This document shows positions 1-10,065 of a stretch of DNA of 58,777 nucleotides, piece after piece. Position 1 is the first letter of the stretch; each line of letters begins with the position of its first letter. Origin of the DNA: a bacterium (lineage in GTDB: Bacteria; Zhuqueibacterota; Zhuqueibacteria; Oceanimicrobiales; Oceanimicrobiaceae); assembly GCA_046757525.1 (NCBI GenBank), contig JBHHYI010000004.1, positions 1-58,777 of the forward strand, in the 5' to 3' direction. Made by a program: the position numbers and the translations under genes. The notes beneath the pieces were generated by a model. The model was not told where the DNA came from, did no database searches, and was given only the letters and a program-made list of their open reading frames with translations.

Positions 1-78
1 GTGGAAGACTTTCTCGACAACAACCATCGCAACGAAACAATACCGCAGCCAACTGCTCAGCCGGAAACCGTATCCTGA
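1..78 (+). CDS. 3' end of a gene that begins upstream of the window (unidentified)
   Basis: Frame 1 is open from base 1 (VEDFLDNNHRNETIPQPTAQPETVS) to TGA at 76-78; too short to identify. Confidence 0.35.
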   Translation: MEDFLDNNHRNETIPQPTAQPETVS

Positions 79-88
79 ACTGCGAGAA

Positions 89-426
89 GGGGCTGTCCAA
101 AAAGCCGGTAAAGATTTCGTAAGGGTCATATTTCTCTCATTCTCGCGCTTCAGTCGTCCGCCAGCTGCCTTTTGGCGTCAACTTAAGGGATGTCTAACCA
201 CCTGATCGTCACTCCGAGCGAAGAGTAGTCGAGGGGTCTGATTTAGGCACAAACCAGATTTCTCTCCGGCAACTGCCGGATCGAAATGACACCTTGAGGG
301 CTTAAGTGACACCGATGGGCAGCCGCCGGATGACTGAAGCGGGAATCTATAACCCATTGATTTTTATAGATTCCTGCTTTCGCAGGAATGACACCCCGGG
401 GGCTTCTTGACTTTTTGCACCACCCC
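89..426. repeat. Composite nested palindromic repeat / MITE-like element
   Basis: Terminal inverted ends ggggctgtccaaaaag (89-104) and ctttttgcaccacccc (411-426). The internal attcc..ggaatgac hairpins match the copy at 18941-19100 in opposite orientation. Confidence 0.75.
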
Positions 427-468
427 TTACGTGCTGCCAGCATCCATTTTCGGCCAGCCCCAACGAGA

Positions 469-516
469 GGGGGTGCGTCGCAGGAATAAAAAAAACGGCC
501 TTTTTGGACACACCCC
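469..516. repeat. Short degenerate copy of the same element ends (internally deleted)
   Basis: gggggtgcgtcgcagga ... ctttttggacacacccc resembles the ggggctgtccaaaaag terminal repeat. Confidence 0.4.
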
Positions 517-713
517 AAAACTTCTCCCCGCAAGACAGGCTCCTCCTTTGGAAACCACCGTCAAATTGGGCGAGTGGTCAACCTGTCTGCATTGTTTTTC
601 CCAAGGCTTCTACTCTGCTAAATACTGCGCAATGCCCACATTCCTGCCTGGTTGGGTAATGTTTGTGCAGGGACATTCGGACGCTTTCCGGAGGGAATTA
701 TTGAAAATACTGC

Positions 714-742
714 TTGAAATTTATCTTTATTCTTATTATACT
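714..742 (+). promoter_or_regulatory. sigma70-type promoter for the leuC-like operon
   Basis: TTGAAA (714-719), 17-nt spacer, TATACT (737-742); RBS-like agagg before ATG 787. Confidence 0.65.
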
Positions 743-786
743 TGGTAAGTCAAGTTTAAATAAATACTACCCCAAAGAGGCTGCTC

Positions 787-2088
787 ATGGGCATGACGTT
801 GACGGAAAAAATCTTAGCAAATCGTGCTGGCCTGGAGGAAGTCAAGCCGGGCGATTTAATCATTGCTAAAATAGATATTGCCATGGCGACCGATATTTCG
901 TCGCCATTGACCATAAAAGTTTTCGAAGAAATGGGTGGGGAACACGTATTTGATCCTGAGAAGGTCCCGTTGGTTCACGATCATCTGGTTCCTGCCAAAG
1001 ACATTAAGTCCGCAGAATTTTCCAAAATGATGCGCCATTTTGCCCGCGAACAGGAAATCAAATACTATTATGAAGTCGGCCGGTCTGGCATTTCCCACCA
1101 ATTGCTGCCGGAACAGGGCCTGATTCATCCGGGTGACGTGGTGCTTGGCGCGGATTCCCACAGCACCAATTACGGGGCCCTGGGTTGCTTTGCCACCGGT
1201 GTTGGCAGCACGGATATGGCAGCGGCCTGGGTGCTGGGGGAAACCTGGCTGCGAGTACCGGAATCAATCAGGATCACGTTCGTCGGAACCCCTCCTGACT
1301 GGATTTCAGCCAAAGACATGATGCTTCTGGTATGCCGGGATTTGGGAATCGAAGGCGGTACTTACAAGGCCCTGGAATTTGGCGGACCCGCTGTTGAAGC
1401 CATGCCCATGTACGATCGTTTCGTCTTTGCCAACATGACCATCGAATGCGGTGGCAAAAATGGCGTGGTGAAGGCCGATGCCGTGACGCGCGAGTTCTTG
1501 CAAGGCCGCGCCAAAAAGCCGGAGGAAGAGTGGCTATTTTTCGAACCCGATGCCGACGCCGTCTACAGTCGCGAATTGACCTATGATGTCACGGAGCTGC
1601 AGCCCATGGTGGCTAAGCCAAACCTGCCCGGCAACGTGGTGCCAGTGTCTGAAGTAGAACCCGTGCCCGTGGATGAGGTTTACATCGGTTCCTGCACCAA
1701 CGGTAAAATAGAAGACTTGCGCATTGCGGCTAAGGTGCTGAAGGGACACAAGATAAACGATCGCTTGCGGATGGTGGTGGTGCCTGCCACCGAGCAAATC
1801 TATCATCAAATGTTGCAGGAGGGTCTGGCTGAGGTGTTCCACCAGGCGGGCGCGTCCATCGGGCCGCCCACATGCGGTGCTTGTTTCGGGGCACACATGG
1901 GCGTGCTGGCTGAGGGCGAAGTCGGTGTTTTTACCACCAACAGAAATTTTGTCGGCAGAAACGGCCACACTTCGGCCAAAGTTTATCTGGTAAGCCCGGC
2001 GGTAGCCGCCGCAACGGCAATAAAAGGGATCATCACCGACCCGAGAGAAATCGTTAACTACTCATTCCGCCAGAAAGGAATTAATTGA
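787..2088 (+). CDS. leuC: 3-isopropylmalate dehydratase/homoaconitase-family large subunit (LeuC/HacA type)
   Basis: MGMTLTEKILA start, DH and GADSHS motifs, 4Fe-4S ligands in IGSCTNG and CGACFG, NRNFVGR; substrate uncertain. Confidence 0.85.
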   Translation: MGMTLTEKILANRAGLEEVKPGDLIIAKIDIAMATDISSPLTIKVFEEMGGEHVFDPEKVPLVHDHLVPAKDIKSAEFSKMMRHFAREQEIKYYYEVGRSGISHQLLPEQGLIHPGDVVLGADSHSTNYGALGCFATGVGSTDMAAAWVLGETWLRVPESIRITFVGTPPDWISAKDMMLLVCRDLGIEGGTYKALEFGGPAVEAMPMYDRFVFANMTIECGGKNGVVKADAVTREFLQGRAKKPEEEWLFFEPDADAVYSRELTYDVTELQPMVAKPNLPGNVVPVSEVEPVPVDEVYIGSCTNGKIEDLRIAAKVLKGHKINDRLRMVVVPATEQIYHQMLQEGLAEVFHQAGASIGPPTCGACFGAHMGVLAEGEVGVFTTNRNFVGRNGHTSAKVYLVSPAVAAATAIKGIITDPREIVNYSFRQKGIN

Positions 2089-2092
2089 ATTA

Positions 2093-3073
2093 GTGGCTAC
2101 AGCACAAGAGGTGTACGATGTCGTCATCGTTGGAGCGGGTCCCGGTGGACTTGCCTGTGCCATTGAAGCTAAACAGCATCGCTTAAAATATTTAGTCCTC
2201 GAAAAGGGATGTCTGGTTAATTCTATCTTTCGTTTTCCTACCAATGTGATTCTTTTCTCGACGCCAGACTTGCTCGAGTTAGCGCGTGTTCCATTCATCA
2301 TTTCCACAGAGAAACCCAAGCGCAGCGACTTGCTTAATTACTATCGGCGGTTGACAGAGGATTTCGGTCTGCAGATCAACCTGTACGAAAGAGTGATGAG
2401 CATCGACGGAGAAAAAGGTCGCTTCTTTGTGAAGACGAACCGAAGGGCAAGCTACTCGACAAGAAATGTTGTTATCGCAACCGGCCAATACGACAACCCC
2501 AACTACTTGAACATACCTGGTGAGGATTTGCCAAAAGTCAGTCATTACTACACCGAGGCACATCCGTATTACAGGAAAAAGGTAGCGGTGATCGGCGGCA
2601 AGAATTCAGCGGTGGAAGCAGTCTTAGACTTGTACCGTCATGGGGCACAAGTTACCCTCATTCATCGGGGAAGCGAATTGGGTCGGTCGGTAAAGTATTG
2701 GATTCGCCCTGACGTGGAGAATCGCATCAAAGAAAACAAGATCCAGGCACATTTTAACACGGTGGTGGAAGAAATAAAAGAAGATTGCATCGTCACACGT
2801 TCCCTTGACGGAAATCGCCGGGAAATTCCTAACGATTTTTTGTTTGCCTTGACCGGCTATCATCCCGATCTGAAATTCCTGGAATCGTTGGGAATCAAAA
2901 TTGAGTCAAACTGTACCCCGGTACACAATTCGAATACTTTAGAGACCAACGTCCTCGGCATTTACATAGCCGGCGTGATCACAGCCGGGGCTGAGGGCAG
3001 CAAGGTTTTCATTGAAAACTCGAGGTTTCATGGCAGAAAAATAATAGGGCACATCTTAAATGGCAAAAAATGA
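2093..3073 (+). CDS. ypdA: YpdA-family FAD-dependent (putative bacillithiol) disulfide reductase
   Basis: GAGPGG FAD motif, LEKGCLVNSI, FSTPDLLE, HYYTEAHPY, GGKNSA, SVKYWIRPD, FIENSRFH. Confidence 0.85.
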   Translation: MATAQEVYDVVIVGAGPGGLACAIEAKQHRLKYLVLEKGCLVNSIFRFPTNVILFSTPDLLELARVPFIISTEKPKRSDLLNYYRRLTEDFGLQINLYERVMSIDGEKGRFFVKTNRRASYSTRNVVIATGQYDNPNYLNIPGEDLPKVSHYYTEAHPYYRKKVAVIGGKNSAVEAVLDLYRHGAQVTLIHRGSELGRSVKYWIRPDVENRIKENKIQAHFNTVVEEIKEDCIVTRSLDGNRREIPNDFLFALTGYHPDLKFLESLGIKIESNCTPVHNSNTLETNVLGIYIAGVITAGAEGSKVFIENSRFHGRKIIGHILNGKK

Positions 3074-4466
3074 CAGAACGTACGATGTGGCAATCATTGG
3101 TGGAGGGCCTGGTGGTTACGTTGCTGCGATTCGCGCTGCACAGTTAGGCATGAAGCCGGTTGTAATCGAGAAAGAACGCCTTGGCGGGCTTTGCCTGAAC
3201 TGGGGCTGCATCCCAAGCAAAGCGTTGCTGCGCAGCGCGGAAGTCTATCAGATGTTCAAGAAAGCCTCTAACTACGGCATTGAGGCGGAGAACGTCACCT
3301 TTGACGCAAAGAAAATCATAAAACGCAGCAGGTTGGCGGCGGAAAAGCTGAGCAAAGGGGTTGAGTACTTGCTCAAAAAGAACAAAGTGGAACACATTTC
3401 CGGTACGGCAACGGTGGCCAAGGCCGGCCTGGTGCAGATCGCGAAAGATGGCAAAGTTTCTGAAGAAGTCAACGCTAAACACATCGTTATCGCCACCGGC
3501 GGTTATGCCCGTTCTTTACCTGGCATCGAAATCGACAAGAAAAGAGTGATTTCCAGCCGCCAAGCTCTCCTATTAGATCAATTGCCGAAATCGATCGTCA
3601 TCATCGGCGGGGGGCCTATCGGAGTCGAGTTTGCATATTTTTACAATGCCTTTGGTGTGCAATGTACCATCGTAGAAATGATGCCGCATATTTTGCCTTT
3701 CGAAGATACAGAAATTGTCCAGATATTGCAAAAGGCATTCAAAAAAAGTGGCATCACGTTGTTGACGGACGCGAAAGTCGAAAGTGTGAAGACGACTGCG
3801 AAGGGCGTCAACATCAAAGTAGCCGACAAAAAGGGCGGGATGCAGGATTTAAGCAGCGAAATCGCGCTGATGGCTGTGGGTTTCGGAGGCATGGTTGCCG
3901 GCTTAGGTCTGGACACCTTAGGGGTTAAGGTTGAGAAAGGGTTCATCAAAGTCAATGAGCGCTATCAAACCAACGTCGACGGAATCTACGCGATCGGAGA
4001 TGTCATCGGGCCACCGTTGCTGGCCCACGTGGCTTCGGCCGAAGGCATCAATCTGGCAGAAACTCTGGCTGGCCTCAACCCCAGGCCCGTGGATTACACC
4101 AACTTTCCAAGCTGTACCTACTGTCAGCCGCAGGTGGCCAGCATTGGGCTGACCGAAGAAAAAGCCAGGCAGGGCGGGCGCGCCACAAAAGTAGGGCATT
4201 TCCCATTTCGCGCTAACGGCAAGTCCATCGCGGTTGGCGAGACCGAAGGCATGGTCAAACTGATATTTGACGAGAAATACGGAGAATTGCTGGGGGCCCA
4301 CATCATAGGCATGGAAGCTACCGACATGATTGCTGAATTGGGGGTTGCAAAATCTCTGGAAACAACTGAAACAGAGATATTCAAAACCATTCACGCCCAT
4401 CCGACGCTTTCAGAGGCGGTCATGGAGGCGGCGGCAGATGCTTTAGGTGAGGCTATTCATATTTGA
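3060..4466 (+). CDS. lpdA: Dihydrolipoyl dehydrogenase (E3)
   Basis: GGGPGGYVAAIRAAQLG, redox disulfide GGLCLNWGCIPSK, C-terminal HAHPTLSE. Confidence 0.97.
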   Translation: MAKNDRTYDVAIIGGGPGGYVAAIRAAQLGMKPVVIEKERLGGLCLNWGCIPSKALLRSAEVYQMFKKASNYGIEAENVTFDAKKIIKRSRLAAEKLSKGVEYLLKKNKVEHISGTATVAKAGLVQIAKDGKVSEEVNAKHIVIATGGYARSLPGIEIDKKRVISSRQALLLDQLPKSIVIIGGGPIGVEFAYFYNAFGVQCTIVEMMPHILPFEDTEIVQILQKAFKKSGITLLTDAKVESVKTTAKGVNIKVADKKGGMQDLSSEIALMAVGFGGMVAGLGLDTLGVKVEKGFIKVNERYQTNVDGIYAIGDVIGPPLLAHVASAEGINLAETLAGLNPRPVDYTNFPSCTYCQPQVASIGLTEEKARQGGRATKVGHFPFRANGKSIAVGETEGMVKLIFDEKYGELLGAHIIGMEATDMIAELGVAKSLETTETEIFKTIHAHPTLSEAVMEAAADALGEAIHI

Positions 4467-5143
4467 TCATGAAAGAAGGTGTGCTGATAAAAACAGGCCT
4501 TTGGGATTACCAGGAAGCCTGGGACTTTCAACGGGAGAGGCATCAAGCCCGCCTCGAGGGCCAAATCCCCGACACCCTGATTTTGACCGAGCACCCGCAC
4601 ACCTACACCATCGGCAAAGCAGGCGGGCAGGAGAATTTGATCACCGATGAGGCTGTGTTAAACAAACAGGGCATTGCTGTGTATCGCATCGATCGTGGCG
4701 GCAACATCACCTACCACGGGCCGGGTCAAATAGTTGGTTACCCAATTTTGGATTTGCACCATTATTACCTGGATGTGCATCGCTTCCTGAGAGACCTGGA
4801 AGAAGTCATGATCCGCACGTTGGCAGAATATGGCATCCTGGCCGATAGAATTGCCGGCTTGACCGGCGTTTGGGTTAAAGAGGCCAAAATCGCGGCCATC
4901 GGAGTGAAAGTGAGCCGCTGGGTAACCATGCACGGTTTTGCCTTCAACGTCAACACCGACCTGGCGTATTTTGGCAACATCGTGCCATGCGGCATTAGCG
5001 ACAGACCAGTGACCTCCATGGCAAAGCTCCTGGCCGAACCGGTAGACTATCAAGAGGTGCAAGACCTTCTCATTCAGAAGTTTTCTGAAATATTTGAAAT
5101 TCAATTGTACGAAAACGAACTGGAAACTGTTTTGCAATCTTAG
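4463..5143 (+). CDS. lipB: Lipoyl(octanoyl) transferase
   Basis: EHPHTYTIG, RGGNITYHGPGQ, KIAAIG, HGFAFNV, IVPCG; start may be ATG 4469. Confidence 0.95.
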   Translation: MIMKEGVLIKTGLWDYQEAWDFQRERHQARLEGQIPDTLILTEHPHTYTIGKAGGQENLITDEAVLNKQGIAVYRIDRGGNITYHGPGQIVGYPILDLHHYYLDVHRFLRDLEEVMIRTLAEYGILADRIAGLTGVWVKEAKIAAIGVKVSRWVTMHGFAFNVNTDLAYFGNIVPCGISDRPVTSMAKLLAEPVDYQEVQDLLIQKFSEIFEIQLYENELETVLQS

Positions 5144-5154
5144 AGGTATTTTTT

Positions 5155-6699
5155 TTGGCAAGACTGCATGAATACAAGGGCAAAGAACTGCTGCGCAACG
5201 TCGGCATCGCCACGCCTCGTGGCCTGGTCGCGAGCAACCCGCAGGATGTTTTTGATGCTGCCACAAAAATAGCGGCACCGGTGGTGGTTAAGGCGCAAGC
5301 CTGGACCACCGGACGCGCCGGCATGGGAGGGATCCAGTTTGCGCAAACTCCCGAAGAGGCGAAGGCTGCATCGCATAAGATTTTCGGGTTGCGCGCAAAG
5401 AATTTTGTTGTTGAACAAGTGCTGGTGGAAGAGCAGATCAAGATTAGCCGGGAATTCTATGCGGGCCTCATTATCGACGACGCCAACCGTTGTCCGGTGA
5501 TCATTTTCAGTTCTACCGGCGGCACCGGCATCGAGGAAATCGCGGCCGCATATCCGGACAAAGTGGCCAGAATGGCCATCGATGTTGTGGAAGGCTTTAA
5601 AGATTTTCATGCCAGAAACTTGCTCAGACAGACTGGAATTTCAGGTAGACTGCAGCTAAAATTAGCCGACGTTTTGGTAAAACTTTGGGCTGTGGCGAGA
5701 ACTCACGAAGCTCGTTCGGCTGAAATCAATCCCCTAATTTTAACGGAAGACCAGCACGTAGTCGCCGTGGACTGCCGCATCGCTGTCGACGACTATGCGG
5801 TTTTCCGGCATCCAGAGTTGGACATTGAAATCGCACGAGAACTCGATCGTCCTCCTTCTGAATTGGACAAAATTGCGTACAATGTGGAAAAAAACGATTA
5901 CCGGGGCACGTTCTACTTCATCCAGATGGAACAGCATTTCAACAAAGGTGACGGCTACGTTGGCTTTCATGGCGCAGGGGGTGGCGGTTCCATGATGTCG
6001 ATGGATGCCGTGACTCGCCGGGGTTTTAAGATAGCCAATTTCACCGATACCAGTGGCAATCCGCCAGCCTCCAAGGTCTATCGTGCCGCGAAAATCATCC
6101 TGGCGCAAAAGAATATTGACGCCTATTTTGGTTCAGGTTCCGGCGTCGCCAGCCAGGAACAATTTCATTCAGCCCGGGGCCTCGTTAAAGCGTTTCTTGA
6201 AGAGAACCTGTCGGTTCCAGCGGTAATTCGCTTAGGAGGTAATTCTGAAGACAAGGCGGTTGAAATCCTGGAAAACTACACCCGCGATTTGCCTGCTCCG
6301 GTTGAAGGCTATAAAAAAGATGATTCTGCCGAACACTGCGCCCGGCGTTTGCGCGAATTGGTAGACGCTTTTAAGCCAGAGGTGGGCGGGCGTAAGACAC
6401 CGGAAAAGCCTGCCGTACAGCGACCCTATTCCTTTGAAACGCTCACGGGTAAAATAACCTACGACCACGCCGTATGTGTTGACTGTGAAAGCAAGATTTG
6501 TGTAGAAAGCTGTATTCCGGAGATTTTAAAGCTGGAGAAGAATGTGCCTGTCCTGGCCATTAGTGCCGATGAGGCTAAGCGCGGCAAGTGTATCGAGTGC
6601 CTGGCCTGTGAGATTGAATGCATTTTTCACGGCAACAAGGGTGCCTTTATCGACTTGCCAATTGACGGGCTGGACGAATATCTGCGGGAGCACGCGTGA
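5155..6699 (+). CDS. Succinyl-CoA/citryl-CoA synthetase beta-like ATP-grasp subunit with C-terminal 4Fe-4S ferredoxin-like domain
   Basis: LHEYKGKELL, KAQAWTTGRAGMGG, EINPL, IRLGG. Divergent GAGGGG loop. C-terminal CVDCESKICVESC and CIECLACEIEC. Confidence 0.8.
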   Translation: MARLHEYKGKELLRNVGIATPRGLVASNPQDVFDAATKIAAPVVVKAQAWTTGRAGMGGIQFAQTPEEAKAASHKIFGLRAKNFVVEQVLVEEQIKISREFYAGLIIDDANRCPVIIFSSTGGTGIEEIAAAYPDKVARMAIDVVEGFKDFHARNLLRQTGISGRLQLKLADVLVKLWAVARTHEARSAEINPLILTEDQHVVAVDCRIAVDDYAVFRHPELDIEIARELDRPPSELDKIAYNVEKNDYRGTFYFIQMEQHFNKGDGYVGFHGAGGGGSMMSMDAVTRRGFKIANFTDTSGNPPASKVYRAAKIILAQKNIDAYFGSGSGVASQEQFHSARGLVKAFLEENLSVPAVIRLGGNSEDKAVEILENYTRDLPAPVEGYKKDDSAEHCARRLRELVDAFKPEVGGRKTPEKPAVQRPYSFETLTGKITYDHAVCVDCESKICVESCIPEILKLEKNVPVLAISADEAKRGKCIECLACEIECIFHGNKGAFIDLPIDGLDEYLREHA

Positions 6700-7607
6700 T
6701 GTCGATCTTAGTAGATGAAACGACGCGGGTTTTGGTTCAGGGCATTACCGGGCGTGAGGGCATGGCGCGAACGCGCCTGATGATAGAATACGGTACCAAA
6801 GTCGTGGCCGGCGTTACCCCGGGAAAAGGGGGACAGACAGAGTTTGAAGTACCTGTGTTTGACACGGTTTTGGAGGCTGTTGAGAAGAGCGGCGAAATCG
6901 ACGCTTCTGTCATATTTGTGCCGGCCCCCCTGGTGAAAAACGCTGCTTTGGAGGCCATTGCAGCAGGCATCAAGTTTCTGGTGCTGGTTCCTGACCGCGT
7001 TCCCATCTACGACGTGTTGGAAATCGACCGGGCCGCCCAAAAGGTTGGCGCCCGATACGTTGGACCCAACACTCTGGGCTTGTTGAGCGTGGACAAAGGC
7101 GTCTTAGGCATGATGGGAGGCCGGGCCGCTTCGGCGAAAGCCTGGTTTAGGAAGGGGAATGTGGGCGTAACTTCAAGAAGTGGTGGAATTACCTCCTCGA
7201 TTGCTTATTATTTAAGCAACAGCGGAATTGGACTTAGCACGATTGTTCATGTGGGTGGCGATGTGGTGGTGGGAATGCCCCATCCTGAGATCGTTGGTTT
7301 GTTTGAAGCGGATCCAGAGACCAAAGCCGTGGTCATGTTTGGTGAGATCGGAACCACACAGGAAGAACAGGTTGCAGAGCTGATCGAAACCGGACGCTTC
7401 ACCAAGCCGCTCATCGCGTATATTGGCGGTGCCTCGGCAAAATCTGGCACGCGTTTTTCGCACGCAGGGGCCATCGTGGAAGGAAATCGCGGAACTTACG
7501 CAAGCAAAGTTAAAAGACTTCGAGAGGTCGACGCCCATATTGTGGAACAATTCGACGAAATCCCCAAAGTAACAAGCTCAGTATTATCACAATTAAAACC
7601 ACAATAA
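6699..7607 (+). CDS. Succinyl-CoA/citryl-CoA synthetase alpha-like subunit
   Basis: [34 protein letters not shown], phospho-His loop FSHAGA. Confidence 0.85.
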   Translation: MSILVDETTRVLVQGITGREGMARTRLMIEYGTKVVAGVTPGKGGQTEFEVPVFDTVLEAVEKSGEIDASVIFVPAPLVKNAALEAIAAGIKFLVLVPDRVPIYDVLEIDRAAQKVGARYVGPNTLGLLSVDKGVLGMMGGRAASAKAWFRKGNVGVTSRSGGITSSIAYYLSNSGIGLSTIVHVGGDVVVGMPHPEIVGLFEADPETKAVVMFGEIGTTQEEQVAELIETGRFTKPLIAYIGGASAKSGTRFSHAGAIVEGNRGTYASKVKRLREVDAHIVEQFDEIPKVTSSVLSQLKPQ

Positions 7608-7613
7608 CCTGCG

Positions 7614-8393
7614 ATGAATAATAATTTACCCTGGAAAACCGCAATAACCAAAATTCAGCCCAATGAAGTTCGTTTGCGCGGGTACCGTCTGGACGAACTA
7701 ATGGGAAAAGTTTCTTTCGGACAGGTGGTCTACCTGGCGCTCAAGGGGGAGTTGCCCGCTGAAAACATCGGCAAACTGATCGACGCCATGTTGGTTTCTT
7801 CTATTGATCATGGCGCCACACCGCCCTCCACTTTGTCTGCGATAACGGTGGCATCGACGGGAGCACCATTGAATGCGGCGGTGGCTGGTGGCATCTTAGC
7901 CATTTCCCGGTTTCATGGCGGAGCCATCGAGGATTGCATGGGCGTGCTCCTGCAAACCAGGGAAAAGAGTCTGGCCAAGCAGATATCCTTCAGCAAGGCC
8001 GGCGAAGAAATTGTCGAGGAATACAAAGCCGCCGGGCGCAGAATTTCCGGTTTTGGTCACAGGATTCACACAGAGGATCCGCGGACGAAAAAGCTTTTTG
8101 AATTGTCAAAGGAATACGGTGTCAAAGACACGTTTATTCAGATTTCGTATGCCATCGAATCGGCCCTGGAAAAGCAAGCTGGCAAAAAATTGCCCATCAA
8201 TGTGGACGGCGCCATTGCAGCGATTCTCTGTGAGCTTGAATTCTCGCCAAAACTGGCCAATGCCTTTTTCATCATGGCGCGCGTTCCCGGACTGGTTGCC
8301 CACATCTTCGAAGAGCAAACTCGCTACAAACCCATGCGTACCATCGACCCAAAGAATCATGAGTACGACGGTGCCAAAGATAGGAGCTTGTAG
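7614..8393 (+). CDS. Citryl-CoA lyase-like protein (short citrate synthase family)
   Basis: 259 aa; WKTAIT, LRGY, DHG, HGGA, GFGHRIH, DPR, INVDG. Confidence 0.85.
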   Translation: MNNNLPWKTAITKIQPNEVRLRGYRLDELMGKVSFGQVVYLALKGELPAENIGKLIDAMLVSSIDHGATPPSTLSAITVASTGAPLNAAVAGGILAISRFHGGAIEDCMGVLLQTREKSLAKQISFSKAGEEIVEEYKAAGRRISGFGHRIHTEDPRTKKLFELSKEYGVKDTFIQISYAIESALEKQAGKKLPINVDGAIAAILCELEFSPKLANAFFIMARVPGLVAHIFEEQTRYKPMRTIDPKNHEYDGAKDRSL

Positions 8394-8396
8394 AAC

Positions 8397-8936
8397 ATGA
8401 GCAAACGGGAGGAGTTGCTTAAGATCATTCCTGAATTTGACTTGATCCAGGATCCAGCCCTGCGTGAGAATTGTCTGGCCGTTTGGGAGGAGGCCATGGC
8501 GCACAGAAACTGGACCGCTGAGGAATTGTTGAGCATCCCGTTTACCTTGCTGGCAGAAAATGTCAAAATCACCTTTTTGGAGCACGTCCGCACCGTCTGC
8601 CAGATGTGTGTGGCCTGCGACAAGGTCTTGACCGAAGCTTACAAGGAGCGGAAAACGCCGGTTAATCGTGACTTCCTGGTAGCCGGTGCCTTGCTTGCAG
8701 ACGTTGGCAAACTTTTCGAATACGACAAGAGGGACGGTAAGGTGGTCAAAAGCCGGCACGGCCAGTATCTTCGCCATCCTTTTAGCGGCGTTGGCCTGTG
8801 TTTCAAGCACAACATTCCTGAGGAAGTGATGCACATGGTGGCAGTTCATTCAAAAGAAGGCGATCACTTTAAACGGTCGCCTGAGGCCATTATCTTGCAT
8901 CACGCCGATTTTATCGACTTTGATTTGGTGAAATGA
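8397..8936 (+). CDS. HD-superfamily protein (variant AD motif)
   Basis: EHVRTV, GALLADVGK, RHPFSG, HS, HHAD pattern. Confidence 0.75.
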   Translation: MSKREELLKIIPEFDLIQDPALRENCLAVWEEAMAHRNWTAEELLSIPFTLLAENVKITFLEHVRTVCQMCVACDKVLTEAYKERKTPVNRDFLVAGALLADVGKLFEYDKRDGKVVKSRHGQYLRHPFSGVGLCFKHNIPEEVMHMVAVHSKEGDHFKRSPEAIILHHADFIDFDLVK

Positions 8937-8937
8937 G

Positions 8938-10065
8938 ATGGCAAAATATAGAGTAGCCTGGCTACCCGGCGATGGCGTGGGTAAGGATGTCATGGAGGCC
9001 GCCAGAATGGTCCTGGATGTCTTGGAGCTGGATGCTGAATACCTGCCAGGCGACATCGGTTGGGAATGCTGGAAGCACGAGGGAAATCCTTTGCCCGACC
9101 GCACTATCGACTTGCTGCACAGCACGGACGTTTGTTTGTTTGGCGCTATAACTTCTAAGCCCAAAGAAGAGGCGCAGGCAGAACTGGATCCGCCGCTGAG
9201 AGACAAGGGGCTTGTCTACTCCAGTCCGATCGTCAGGCTGCGGCAGGAGTTTAACCTGCACACAAATCTGCGTCCCTGCAAGGCTTACCCCGGCAACCCG
9301 CTGAACTATCGCGATGGCATCGACCTGGTGGTGTTTAGAGAGAACACGGAAGATCTCTACAGCGGCGTGGAATTTCATCCGTTGCCGCAAGAGCTCATGG
9401 ACGCGCTTACCAAATACTCCGCTAAAATGAAACGCTTTCAGCAAACCGATCTGAATGATATTGCGATTACGCTGCGCATCGTGACGCGTAAAGCTTCGCA
9501 AAATATCGTCCGCCAGGCCTTCGAATATGCCAAGAAGCACGGCTACCCATCGGTTACCGTCGTGGAGAAGCCGAACGTGCTGCGCGAAACCAGCGGTCTC
9601 ATCGTGCGCGAAGCACGCAAAATCGCCAGGGCCTATCCTGGAATTGCCTTGTACGAAACCAATATCGATGCCATGTGCATGTGGCTCATTAAGAATCCCC
9701 AGAATTACGGCGTTTTGGTTTCCTCAAATATGTTCGGGGACATCCTATCCGATTTGTGCGCCCAGTTGGTGGGTGGACTTGGATTTGCTGCCAGCGGCAA
9801 CATCGGGGATGCTTACGCGGTTTTTGAGCCGACGCACGGTTCTGCACCCAAATATGCCGGACAGTACAAAGTCAATCCCACCGCCATGTTGTTAACTACC
9901 AGATTGATGTTGGATTGGCTGGGGGAATCTGAGAAAGCGGCGAAACTGGAAAATGCCCTCGCTGCGGTCATTAAAGAAGGCAAAGTGCGAACCTACGACA
10001 TGGGTGGCAGTTCGTCAACTTTGGAGATGGCCGAAGAAGTGGCAACCAAAATCAGGAATTCATGA
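8938..10065 (+). CDS. Isocitrate/isopropylmalate (beta-decarboxylating) dehydrogenase family protein
   Basis: [37 protein letters not shown]. Confidence 0.92.
   Translation: MAKYRVAWLPGDGVGKDVMEAARMVLDVLELDAEYLPGDIGWECWKHEGNPLPDRTIDLLHSTDVCLFGAITSKPKEEAQAELDPPLRDKGLVYSSPIVRLRQEFNLHTNLRPCKAYPGNPLNYRDGIDLVVFRENTEDLYSGVEFHPLPQELMDALTKYSAKMKRFQQTDLNDIAITLRIVTRKASQNIVRQAFEYAKKHGYPSVTVVEKPNVLRETSGLIVREARKIARAYPGIALYETNIDAMCMWLIKNPQNYGVLVSSNMFGDILSDLCAQLVGGLGFAASGNIGDAYAVFEPTHGSAPKYAGQYKVNPTAMLLTTRLMLDWLGESEKAAKLENALAAVIKEGKVRTYDMGGSSSTLEMAEEVATKIRNS

Noticed and set aside
243-748. ORFs 243-533 (-) and 407-748 (+)
   Set aside because: Translations of the palindromic repeats (VIPAKAGI is the repeat read as protein) and the promoter region; no protein family features
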